16,188 bases of DNA, from the NCBI GenBank assembly GCA_042219045.1, contig JBDGQO010000069.1:1-16188 (forward strand). Direction: 5' to 3'. The DNA comes from Candidatus Bipolaricaulia bacterium (lineage in GTDB: Bacteria > Bipolaricaulota > Bipolaricaulia > RBG-16-55-9). Every line of letters starts with the position of its first letter. Within the stretch, counting starts at the first letter, position 1. Shown here piece by piece: positions 1 through 7,394 of the stretch. Under the pieces are notes generated by a model, which did not search any database, had not been told where the DNA came from, and saw only the letters and a list, made by a program, of their open reading frames with translations. The position numbers and the translations under genes are program-made.

Positions 1-54
1 GGAGTTTCGGCAACCCCGGCTGAGATCGCTACCTGTGAAACTCGCACACCGGGT

Positions 55-157
55 TTGCTATCCTCCGCTTGATCGGGCACGTGGGACCATGACCAGCTCC
101 AATGACCGCGACACGTTCTCGGAGCGCCGGGTCTTCGCCGTGCTCGCGGTTGCCTGA
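55..157 (+). pseudogene. Truncated, diverged duplicate of the thyX promoter, leader and N-terminus (22-aa mini-ORF at 89..157, MTSSNDRDTFSERRVFAVLAVA)
   Basis: 55..94 aligns by hand to 930..970 at 34/41 columns, including identical gtgggaccATGacc. Peptide DTFSERRVFAVL matches ThyX DAFADRRIFAVL. Similarity ends at about 146 and TGA follows at 155-157. Extended -10 TGcTATCCT at 56-64. Confidence 0.8.
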
Positions 158-236
158 CTCGGGAAGCCCCAACAATGAATGGTCTCAGGCAATTCGATTC
201 GCTAAACTGGGGGGCGGCATTTGAGGTAATATTGAC

Positions 237-491
237 ATGGAGAAGCGGGAACTCTCGACAGCGTTAAGCTTTCATGAGATCCGAGAGCAGTACGGCGACT
301 GTTGGGTGTTGCTGGAAGAGACGGCCTGGGACGACCACGACCAGCCAACACACGGCATCGTCAAAGCCGCGAGCGAGACGCGCTCACGGATCAGCCAGGC
401 ATTTCGAGATGAACGGAAGGATCGGCAGACCCGTTTCTCCATCTTCTATGCGGGCGAGGCGATCCCCGACGATCTGAACGTCGCGTTATGA
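237..491 (+). CDS. Small hypothetical protein (84 aa), DUF5678-like partner of an aspartic protease
   Basis: SD-like GAGGT at 223-227 and possible -10 TAAACT at 203-208. The EQYGDCWVLL...GIVKAAS pattern resembles small proteins found upstream of clan AA protease genes. ATGA overlap with the next gene. Confidence 0.75.
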   Translation: MEKRELSTALSFHEIREQYGDCWVLLEETAWDDHDQPTHGIVKAASETRSRISQAFRDERKDRQTRFSIFYAGEAIPDDLNVAL

Positions 492-880
492 GTCGGCGCG
501 GTGATCGAATCGTCGGGCAACGCGCCCACGGCGGCGTGCTCCTCGTTCCGTGCCTGCTCAACGACGTCGCCCGATACTGGCTTCTGGCCGACACGGGGGC
601 AGCCCTCACGATGATCACGCCTCACGTTGCGAGCGAACTGGGCGTCGACGCCGTTGAGCCCATTCGACGTGAACGTCTGGCCTCCCTTCACCGATCCTCC
701 ATGGCTCCCGTGATCCGACTGGAGAGCTTACAAATCGGATCCCTGTCCCTCCACGACGTGGAAGCCCTGGTCTTGCCGTTCCCGAGAGAGCTGCGCCTGG
801 ATGGTCTGATCGGCGTCAATGTGTTGAATCGGTTTCGAGCCACATTTGCGTTCGACGAGCGCACGCTCGTGCTGCGTTGA
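488..880 (+). CDS. Retropepsin-like (clan AA) aspartic protease, single domain, no signal peptide
   Basis: Catalytic motif LLADTGAALTMI and C-terminal DGLIGVNVL motif. 130 aa, coupled to the upstream ORF by ATGA at 488-491. Confidence 0.9.
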   Translation: MSRRGDRIVGQRAHGGVLLVPCLLNDVARYWLLADTGAALTMITPHVASELGVDAVEPIRRERLASLHRSSMAPVIRLESLQIGSLSLHDVEALVLPFPRELRLDGLIGVNVLNRFRATFAFDERTLVLR

Positions 881-964
881 TTCCATATCGATCCTCCACA
901 GCCAGGAGACAGCTGGCGGACGTCCGACCTTGCCATCTTTCGCTGCTTCGGGCACCGTGGGACC

Positions 965-2542
965 ATGACCGACGCATCCAACCCCAACGCCGACGCGTTC
1001 GCCGACCGCCGCATCTTTGCCGTCCTGGGCACGCACCCCGAGCCGGGCGGCTACGGCATCGCCAAGTTCAGCCGGTCCGCGCGGCCCTACCAGGACTGGA
1101 TCTTCGACCTGACGGCCGAAGGCGCGGAGCGCTTCTACGAGACGTTCTACTTCGACTACGGCCACGCGTCGATTGCCGACCTGGCCCATCTGACCGTCGT
1201 GTTGGAGAACATCTCCATGGTGGCGGCGGAGGTGCTCTGGGACGAGTCGCTCGTGGACGGGCAGGCCAGCTCCACGCGCTATCAGGATTTCCAGAAGCGC
1301 GGCTTCCACACGCCGCCCGAGATCGAGGGGACCGACCTTCAAGGGCCCTATGAGGACCTCGGCGGTCGGCTGATTGAGGCCTACGGGCGCTTCCAGCGAC
1401 GGATCTTCGAGGACTTCGTGGCGCGCTACGCCGACGAGCGCCCGTCGGACATGGACGACGCGGCCTACGAGCGCACGCTCAACGCGCGCGCCTTCGACGT
1501 GGCGCGCTACGTGCTGCCCATGAGCATCCGGACGGGGCTCGGCCATATCCTGAGCGCCCGGACGCTGGAACGCCAGCTCGTCAAGCTCCTCTCGCATCCC
1601 CTGGCGGAAGTCCGCGAGGTCGGCGCGGAGCTCAAACGCGCGGCGACGGAGGAACCGGCCTTCAATCCGACCGTGGAGCGGCTGCGGCCCCTGTTGGACG
1701 AGCTGGCCGATTCCCATATAAAGGATAACGCGCGCGCGCGGGTGGTCTTAGACGAGATCAAGCGCGTCACCGGCTTCGACGCGGCCGCGACCCCGACGCT
1801 CGTCAAATACGCCGAGCCGAACGCCTACCATCAACAGCTTCGCCAAGCGCTATCCGAGACAGCCGATGAGATGGCGCCGGGGTTGGGGGACCCCGACGGC
1901 GCCCGCGGTGTTCAGCTGATCGAGCCCCATGATCCGGAGACGGAGGCCATCTGTTCGCTGCTCTACGAGCATTTGCCCCATTCCTATGCCCAGATCAAGC
2001 GCCGCGTCGACGACTTCAGCGACGCCGAGCGGGCCGAGATCCTGGACCTCGTCTACGCCGACCGCGGCCGGCACGATCCGATGCCGCGGGCGCTGTGCTC
2101 AGGGTATCAGTTGATCTTCGACGTGAGCACCGACGGCGGGGCCTGGCGCGACTTCCATCGCCATCGGCGCATGATCCAACTGGCCAAGCGGTTGAGGCCG
2201 ACATACGGATATGACGTTCCCCAGGCAATCCAAGACGCCGGACTGGCGAGCGACTACGGGGCACTATTGGACGAGGCCGGGCAAGTGGCCGAACGGATCG
2301 ACGCAACGAATCCGGGCGTCGGCCAATACGCGCTGCCCATGGCGTACCGTCAGCGGGCGCTGTTCAAGATGGATGCCGCCCAGCTCCAGTACGTCGTCGA
2401 GCTGCGCTCGCGGCCGGAGAACCACTTTGCGGTGCGCGAGACGGCGTATGCGCTCTATGAAGCGTTCCGGGACCGCTATCCGAGGTGGGCTCGTCACATT
2501 CGGGCGGTCCGTCCGGAGGATGAGGCGTTCTTCAAGCGGTAA
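965..2542 (+). CDS. thyX: FAD-dependent thymidylate synthase ThyX, long tandem-domain type (525 aa)
   Basis: Domain 1 has YGHASIADL, SSTRYQ and FDVARYVLP. Domain 2 has RDFHRHRR and VELRSRPENH. The length fits two fused ThyX domains. Confidence 0.9.
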   Translation: MTDASNPNADAFADRRIFAVLGTHPEPGGYGIAKFSRSARPYQDWIFDLTAEGAERFYETFYFDYGHASIADLAHLTVVLENISMVAAEVLWDESLVDGQASSTRYQDFQKRGFHTPPEIEGTDLQGPYEDLGGRLIEAYGRFQRRIFEDFVARYADERPSDMDDAAYERTLNARAFDVARYVLPMSIRTGLGHILSARTLERQLVKLLSHPLAEVREVGAELKRAATEEPAFNPTVERLRPLLDELADSHIKDNARARVVLDEIKRVTGFDAAATPTLVKYAEPNAYHQQLRQALSETADEMAPGLGDPDGARGVQLIEPHDPETEAICSLLYEHLPHSYAQIKRRVDDFSDAERAEILDLVYADRGRHDPMPRALCSGYQLIFDVSTDGGAWRDFHRHRRMIQLAKRLRPTYGYDVPQAIQDAGLASDYGALLDEAGQVAERIDATNPGVGQYALPMAYRQRALFKMDAAQLQYVVELRSRPENHFAVRETAYALYEAFRDRYPRWARHIRAVRPEDEAFFKR

Positions 2543-2545
2543 TCC

Positions 2546-2630
2546 GTCAGCGGATAGGAATCGAATGAACGGATGGGGCACGACCGACGATGTCGCGGTC
2601 TATCCGTTTATCCGCTATCTATCCGTTGAC
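2546..2630. repeat. Imperfect palindromic intergenic repeat (long hairpin with TATCCG subrepeats), copy 1
   Basis: gtcagcggatag (2546-2557) pairs with ctatccgttgac (2619-2630). Inner atgaacggatggg pairs with tctatccgtttat using G-U pairs, and cgac/gtcg close the loop. TATCCG occurs three times in the 3' arm. Confidence 0.7.
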
Positions 2631-2757
2631 AGGCGCACGGGCCAACTCAAGCATTGCCCAGAGCTTGCTTCGTTCCTGCTTCGTTGGTACACATGATCAG
2701 GGTCACGGCCTGACGGACGTCGACCACTTGAGCGTTACATTCAAAGGAGCGTGAGGC

Positions 2758-3123
2758 ATGGTCACGATCACGACGCGCGCCGCTGAAATGATGCACGCTG
2801 CCCTGGAGCAGGAGGAGATCACGGATCACGGATTGCGACTTGTCGCCCAGAAGGGCGGCTGCGGCTGCTCCGGGCCCGCCTACGGGCTCTTCCCGGAGGC
2901 CGAGCACGGCCCCGAGGACACCGTCATCAGCGAGGGGCAGGTGCAGGTCTACGTCGATCCCGACAGCCTCCAGCTCGTCGACGGCGCAACGATCGACTTC
3001 GTCGAGCACCCGGAGCAGGGAGCCGGGTTCACCATTCAGAACCCGAACGCCGAGGCCGAGGCCGGCGAGTGCGGCTGCAGCGAGGGCGAGTGCGAGTGCG
3101 GGGGCGACTGCGGTTGCGAGTAG
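2758..3123 (+). CDS. HesB/IscA-family (A-type) Fe-S cluster carrier with a Cys-rich acidic tail
   Basis: ITTRAAE start, LRLVAQKGGCGCSGPAYGL, VYVDPDSLQLVDGATIDF and GFTIQNPNA, followed by three CxC motifs. SD AAAGGAG at 2743-2749. Confidence 0.9.
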   Translation: MVTITTRAAEMMHAALEQEEITDHGLRLVAQKGGCGCSGPAYGLFPEAEHGPEDTVISEGQVQVYVDPDSLQLVDGATIDFVEHPEQGAGFTIQNPNAEAEAGECGCSEGECECGGDCGCE

Positions 3124-3168
3124 GCGCCTGAACGCCTCCGGAAGCGCCCATTTTTAGGGGATTTCGTC

Positions 3169-3208
3169 AAGGGGCAGCCCGGATCGGGTTGCCCCTTTGT
3201 TATTGTTT
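3169..3208. terminator. Intrinsic terminator hairpin between the convergent IscA-family gene and fmt
   Basis: aaggggcagccc (3169-3180) pairs with gggttgcccctt (3186-3197), followed by T-rich tgttattgttt on the + strand. Confidence 0.7.
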
Positions 3209-4162
3209 GGGGGAGGTCGGCGGTTCCTCGCCGAGGGGTTCGCCCGGCTCAAGGCCGTACCCGTTGACGACGTCGATCCCGCGCATCGGCCGTTTGCCGG
3301 CCGGCTGGACCTCGATCAGCTCCAGGAGCCCATCCCCCGTCTGCACGCATGGCCCCTCCTCACTGATACCGACGACCTCGCCCGGTCCGCCCGGCACGCG
3401 GTTCAGCTCGGCCGGGGCCATCTGGGCGAGGTGGACTTTGAGCCGGTCGTCGCGCCAAGTGGTGTAGGCCCCGGGCCACGGGTTGAGGCCGCGCACCAGG
3501 TTGGCCAGCGCGGCCGCGCCCTCGGTCCAGTCGATCTCGCCCTGGGCCTTCCGGATCTTGGGCGCGAAGGTCGCCTGGCGGTCGTCTTGGGGGGTCGGCT
3601 CGACGGTTCCGTCGCGCAGGCCGCGCAGCGTCGCCATCACGACGTCGGGCCCCCATTCCGCCAAACGGGCCTCCAACGAGCCGGCGGTGTCGTCGGCGGC
3701 GATCGCCACCGACCGCTGCCGGAGGATCGGCCCTTCGTCGAGCCCCTCGGTCATGACGAACGTCGTCACGCCCGTTTCGGTCTCCCCGTTGATGATGGCC
3801 CAGTGGACGGGGGCTGCCCCACGATAACGGGGCAGGAGCGAGGCATGCAGGTTGACGGGTGCGATCCGGGGAATGTCCAAGACCTCGCGCGCCAAGATCT
3901 GCCCGTAGGCGGCGACGACGAAGACGTCCGCGCCGAGCTCGCGCAGCTCCGCGACGGCGTCGTTCGCGCGCTGGGGCTGCCGGACGGGCAGCCCCAAGGC
4001 CATCGCCCGGTTCTTGATCGGCGTCGGCTTGAGCTTCAGGCCGCGACCGGCCGGCCGGTCCGGCTGCGTCACCACGGCCCGCAGCTCGACCTCGTCGCTG
4101 GCGTGGAGCGCGCCCAACGTCGGCACCCCCAGCTCCCCCGAGCCGAGGAAGACGACGCTCAG
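3200..4162 (-). CDS. fmt: Methionyl-tRNA formyltransferase (320 aa if started at CTG 4162)
   Basis: Motifs VVFLGS, VVTQPDRPAGRG, VVAAYGQIL, NLHASLLPRYRGAAP and GLDEGPI. The gene identity is certain but the start is inferred: the ORF-track ATG at 4366 lies about 200 nt inside def. Confidence 0.93.
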   Translation of the reverse strand: MSVVFLGSGELGVPTLGALHASDEVELRAVVTQPDRPAGRGLKLKPTPIKNRAMALGLPVRQPQRANDAVAELRELGADVFVVAAYGQILAREVLDIPRIAPVNLHASLLPRYRGAAPVHWAIINGETETGVTTFVMTEGLDEGPILRQRSVAIAADDTAGSLEARLAEWGPDVVMATLRGLRDGTVEPTPQDDRQATFAPKIRKAQGEIDWTEGAAALANLVRGLNPWPGAYTTWRDDRLKVHLAQMAPAELNRVPGGPGEVVGISEEGPCVQTGDGLLELIEVQPAGKRPMRGIDVVNGYGLEPGEPLGEEPPTSPKQ

Positions 4163-4689
4163 GCGGTCACGGTGCTCGATCGGTTGGACGGTGAGGGGCC
4201 CTCCTCGTTCTGGATTTTCTCGTACTCCTTCAAGATCTGCCGTCGCTTGACGCGGCTGAGGTGGTCGATGAACAGCACGCCGTTCAGGTGATCGACCTCG
4301 TGTTGCAACACGCGGGCGAGCAACCCTTCGGCCTCCACCCGCGTCGTCTCGCCCTCCATGGTCCATCCCTCGACGACGGCGCGATCGGGCCGGTCAACCT
4401 CGGCCTCGACGCCCGGGATGCTCAGACAGCCTTCCGCGAAGGTCACAATCTCGCCGCCGGTCGCCACGACCTCCGGGTTGGCGAGCACGTGGAAGTCGTC
4501 CTCCACGTCGACGACGATGAGGCGCGTCGCGACGCCGACCTGGGGCGCCGCCAGGCCGTATCCGACGCGCTTGACCAGCGTCGCCACCATGGCGTCGGCG
4601 AGCTCGCGCAGCTCACCGTCGATCCGCGCCGGCGGCTCTGCCGGCCGACGCAAGACGGGGTCCGGGTGCGTTCGGATGGTCAGCTCCAT
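4159..4689 (-). CDS. def: Peptide deformylase
   Basis: Motifs GYGLAAPQVG, EGCLSIPG and QHEVDHLNG. SD GGGAG upstream. Canonical def-fmt order. Confidence 0.97.
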   Translation of the reverse strand: MELTIRTHPDPVLRRPAEPPARIDGELRELADAMVATLVKRVGYGLAAPQVGVATRLIVVDVEDDFHVLANPEVVATGGEIVTFAEGCLSIPGVEAEVDRPDRAVVEGWTMEGETTRVEAEGLLARVLQHEVDHLNGVLFIDHLSRVKRRQILKEYEKIQNEEGPSPSNRSSTVTA

Positions 4690-4786
4690 GCAAATCTCCC
4701 TGCATCCGCCGCATCACGACGGTCGAAGCTTGCGGCTCGCGTCGGGCCCGCCCGCCAAGCTGGGCGTCTTGCTCGACGACATGTCC

Positions 4787-4820
4787 TTGCATGAACGGCC
4801 CGATGCGGCCACATTATAAC
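4787..4820. promoter_or_regulatory. Putative overlapping divergent promoters for def-fmt and recG
   Basis: Minus-strand TATAAT at 4813-4818. Plus-strand TTGCAT (4787-4792), 17 nt, CACATT (4810-4815). An AT-rich patch in a GC-rich spacer. Confidence 0.45.
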
Positions 4821-4849
4821 GGCCCAACCCGCGAGGTTCGAGACGCAGC

Positions 4850-7249
4850 ATGGAGCAGAATTCCCCGGACGACGACCGAACCGCTTGGCAGGAGGCGTTG
4901 GCCAACGCCCGCAAGATCGTCCATCTGGAACGCCGGCAGGGCTGCCGTGACGAGGTCGTCATGGGCGGCCTGGAGGCGTTCGTCGGCAACCTCGTGGAGC
5001 AGCTGCGCGCCCACGGCGCGGACCCGTCGTCGCTTGAGGACCTGCGCGAGCGCGTCTCCGCCTACGGCGACCGCTCGGCCGACGAGCGCCGGGACGCCCT
5101 CGACGAGCTGGACGATCTGCTGGTCGCGCTGGCGTCGTCGCCCCCGCCCGAATCGTCCCCGTCGTCGGCGGTCCCGGATGACACCCCCTCCGAGGCGCCC
5201 TCAAAGCCGGACGTGCCGCCCTTGGACAGCCCCGTCCGCTACGCCAAGGGCGTCGGCGAGCAGCGCGCGGCGACGCTCCGCAAGCTGGGCATCGAGACGA
5301 TCGACGATCTATTGCTCCATCTGCCGCGGCGTCTGGAGGATCGCCGCACAATCCGGAAGATCGGCGAGCTGCGGCCCGAGGCGCCCTGCACCGTGGTCGG
5401 CCGCGTCCAGAGCCTCGACGTGCTCACGCCGCGCAAGAACTTGGAAATTCTCAAAGCGGCCGTGCAGGACGAAACGGGCGTGCTCACCGCCGTCTGGTTC
5501 AACCAGCCGTGGCTCAAGTCCCAGATCCCCCAGGGCGAGCGGATCGCGCTGTTCGGCAAGCCGGAGCGGCAATACGGCCTGTGGCAGATGAGCAACCCCG
5601 TGTGGGAACCCGAGGGCAAGGACCAACAGACGGGCCGGCTGGTGCCGATCTATCCGGCAACGGAGGGGATCCCGCCCGCGACGCTGGGCCGGCTGATCCG
5701 GACCAACTTGGCGCGCTATCGCGACGAGGTCCGCGAGGTCGTCCCCGACGACGTCCGCGAGCGGCACGGGCTGCTCGCGCGCGCCGACGCGTTGCCCTCC
5801 ATCCACGAGCCGGCCGACGAGGCGGACTACGAGCGCGCCCGGCGCTCGTTGGCGTTCGAGGAGTTTTTCGTCTTCCAGGTTGGCGTTGCGCATCGCAAGG
5901 CCCACATGGCGCAGGAGCGGGCCGTCGTTCTGGCGGCCTCGGACGCGACGATGGATCGCTTCCAGGCGACGCTGCCGTTCAAGTTGACACGGGCGCAGCG
6001 GCGCGTGCTGGGCGAGATTCGGCAGGATCTGGCGTCCGGCCATCCGATGAGTCGGCTGTTGCAGGGCGACGTAGGCTCGGGCAAGACGGTCGTCGCCGCC
6101 GGTGCTGCCCATATCGCGTCCTGCGCGGGGACGCAGACCGCGCTCATGGCGCCGACCGAGATCCTGGCCCGCCAGCATTGCGCCAATCTCGCGCCGTTGT
6201 TGGAGCCGCTGGGGATGCGGGTCGTGTTGTTGCTCGGCAGCATGCGGCAGCGCGAGAAAGCCGACGTCCGCCAACAGATCGAGGCGGGCGAGGTGGATCT
6301 GGTCGTCGGCACGCACGCGCTCATCGGCGATGACGTGACGTTCGAGCACCTGGGATTGGCCGTGGTGGACGAACAGCACCGCTTCGGGGTGATGCAGCGG
6401 GCCGAGCTGGAGACCAAGGGCGAGACGCCGCACGTGCTGGTCATGAGCGCCACGCCCATCCCGCGCACGATCACGCTGACCATCTACGGCCAATTCGACG
6501 TCTCCATCCTCGACGAGCGGCCCCATCCGCCCGACATCCGGACGTATTGGATCGCCGAGGACAAGCGCGACGACGTCTACGAGCTCGTCGCCAACGAGCT
6601 GGCCCGCGGCACACAGGGCTACGTCGTCTATCCCCTGATCGAGGAGTCGGAAAGCCTCGACCTGCGGTCCGCGACGGAAATGAAGGAGGAACTGGAGCGG
6701 ACGCACTTCGCCGGGCTGCGCGTCGGGCTGTTGCACGGGCGCATGGGCACCGACGAGGTCCGGGCCGTCATGGCCCAGATCCAGAACGGCGAGCTCGACG
6801 TCCTGGTGAGCACGACGATCATCGAGGTCGGCATCGACGTGCCGGACGCGTCGGTGCTCGTCATCGAGCATGCCGATCGCTTCGGGCTGAGCCAGCTCCA
6901 TCAGCTCCGCGGCCGCATCGGGCGCCAGGGCCAGCGGGCGTCGTGCTACGCCGTCGCCACGGCCCGCACGGAGGAGGCCGCGCGGCGGCTGGCGGCGTTC
7001 CGGGACATGGCCGACGGCTTCGACATCGCCGAGGAGGATTTGAAAATCCGCGGGACGGGCGAGCTGTTGGGGTTCTCGCAGCACGGGCTGGACACGACGT
7101 TCAAGGTGGCCGACCTCATCCGCGACCTGCCGTTGATGCAGGCAGCCCGCGAGGAGGCCGAACGGCTCTTGGCCGCCGACCCGAGCACGCCGCTGCTCGA
7201 GGAGTTCGAGCGGCGCTTCGGCGACCGGTTCGACCTGGCACGGGTTTAG
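4850..7249 (+). CDS. recG: ATP-dependent DNA helicase RecG with an N-terminal extension
   Basis: KGVG...LRKLGI..DLLLHLPRR, wedge-domain WFNQPW, RLLQGDVGSGKT, DEQHRFG, MSATPIPRT, GLSQLHQLRGRIGR, DLKIRGTGELLG. Confidence 0.97.
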   Translation: MEQNSPDDDRTAWQEALANARKIVHLERRQGCRDEVVMGGLEAFVGNLVEQLRAHGADPSSLEDLRERVSAYGDRSADERRDALDELDDLLVALASSPPPESSPSSAVPDDTPSEAPSKPDVPPLDSPVRYAKGVGEQRAATLRKLGIETIDDLLLHLPRRLEDRRTIRKIGELRPEAPCTVVGRVQSLDVLTPRKNLEILKAAVQDETGVLTAVWFNQPWLKSQIPQGERIALFGKPERQYGLWQMSNPVWEPEGKDQQTGRLVPIYPATEGIPPATLGRLIRTNLARYRDEVREVVPDDVRERHGLLARADALPSIHEPADEADYERARRSLAFEEFFVFQVGVAHRKAHMAQERAVVLAASDATMDRFQATLPFKLTRAQRRVLGEIRQDLASGHPMSRLLQGDVGSGKTVVAAGAAHIASCAGTQTALMAPTEILARQHCANLAPLLEPLGMRVVLLLGSMRQREKADVRQQIEAGEVDLVVGTHALIGDDVTFEHLGLAVVDEQHRFGVMQRAELETKGETPHVLVMSATPIPRTITLTIYGQFDVSILDERPHPPDIRTYWIAEDKRDDVYELVANELARGTQGYVVYPLIEESESLDLRSATEMKEELERTHFAGLRVGLLHGRMGTDEVRAVMAQIQNGELDVLVSTTIIEVGIDVPDASVLVIEHADRFGLSQLHQLRGRIGRQGQRASCYAVATARTEEAARRLAAFRDMADGFDIAEEDLKIRGTGELLGFSQHGLDTTFKVADLIRDLPLMQAAREEAERLLAADPSTPLLEEFERRFGDRFDLARV

Positions 7250-7266
7250 GCGAGGAATCGAAACTT

Positions 7267-7364
7267 GTCATCGGGCAGCCAACGAATAAACGGACTGAGC
7301 ATCGACGGCGTTGGTCTCGCGGCTCGTTAATCCACGGAGTATCCGGTGATCGATCAACGTTGAC
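7267..7364. repeat. Degenerate second copy of the intergenic palindromic repeat
   Basis: 7267-7294 matches 2546-2573 at 21/28 positions without gaps. The 3' end tatccg...atc..cgttgac matches the end of copy 1. Confidence 0.55.
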
Positions 7365-7388
7365 GACCGGGATGCAATGTGTCAATCT
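7360..7388 (+). promoter_or_regulatory. Putative sigma70 promoter giving a leaderless gatC transcript
   Basis: TTGACG (7360-7365), 17 nt, CAATCT (7383-7388). The A of the ATG at 7395 lies 7 nt after the -10, and there is no clear SD. Confidence 0.4.
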
Positions 7389-7394
7389 AGGGGC

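Noticed and set aside
1..200. Integron attC site flanking the protease cassette
   Set aside because: The GGCAAC/GTTGCC inverted motifs do not fit the RYYYAAC/GTTRRRY consensus, there is no second site after the cassette, and no integrase is in view.
2546..2630. CRISPR array or tRNA interpretation of the repeat-rich hairpin
   Set aside because: The subrepeats are only 6-8 nt with no unique spacers, there are no cas genes, and there is no cloverleaf or T-loop motif.
4163..4366. 68-aa N-terminal extension of Fmt from ATG 4366
   Set aside because: It lies inside def in another frame, is Arg/Gly/Pro-rich and has no Fmt-like sequence.
965..4689. Folate one-carbon gene cluster (thyX plus fmt)
   Set aside because: The genes are convergent, separately transcribed and separated by a terminator, and no shared regulatory element was seen. 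Proximity is probably incidental.
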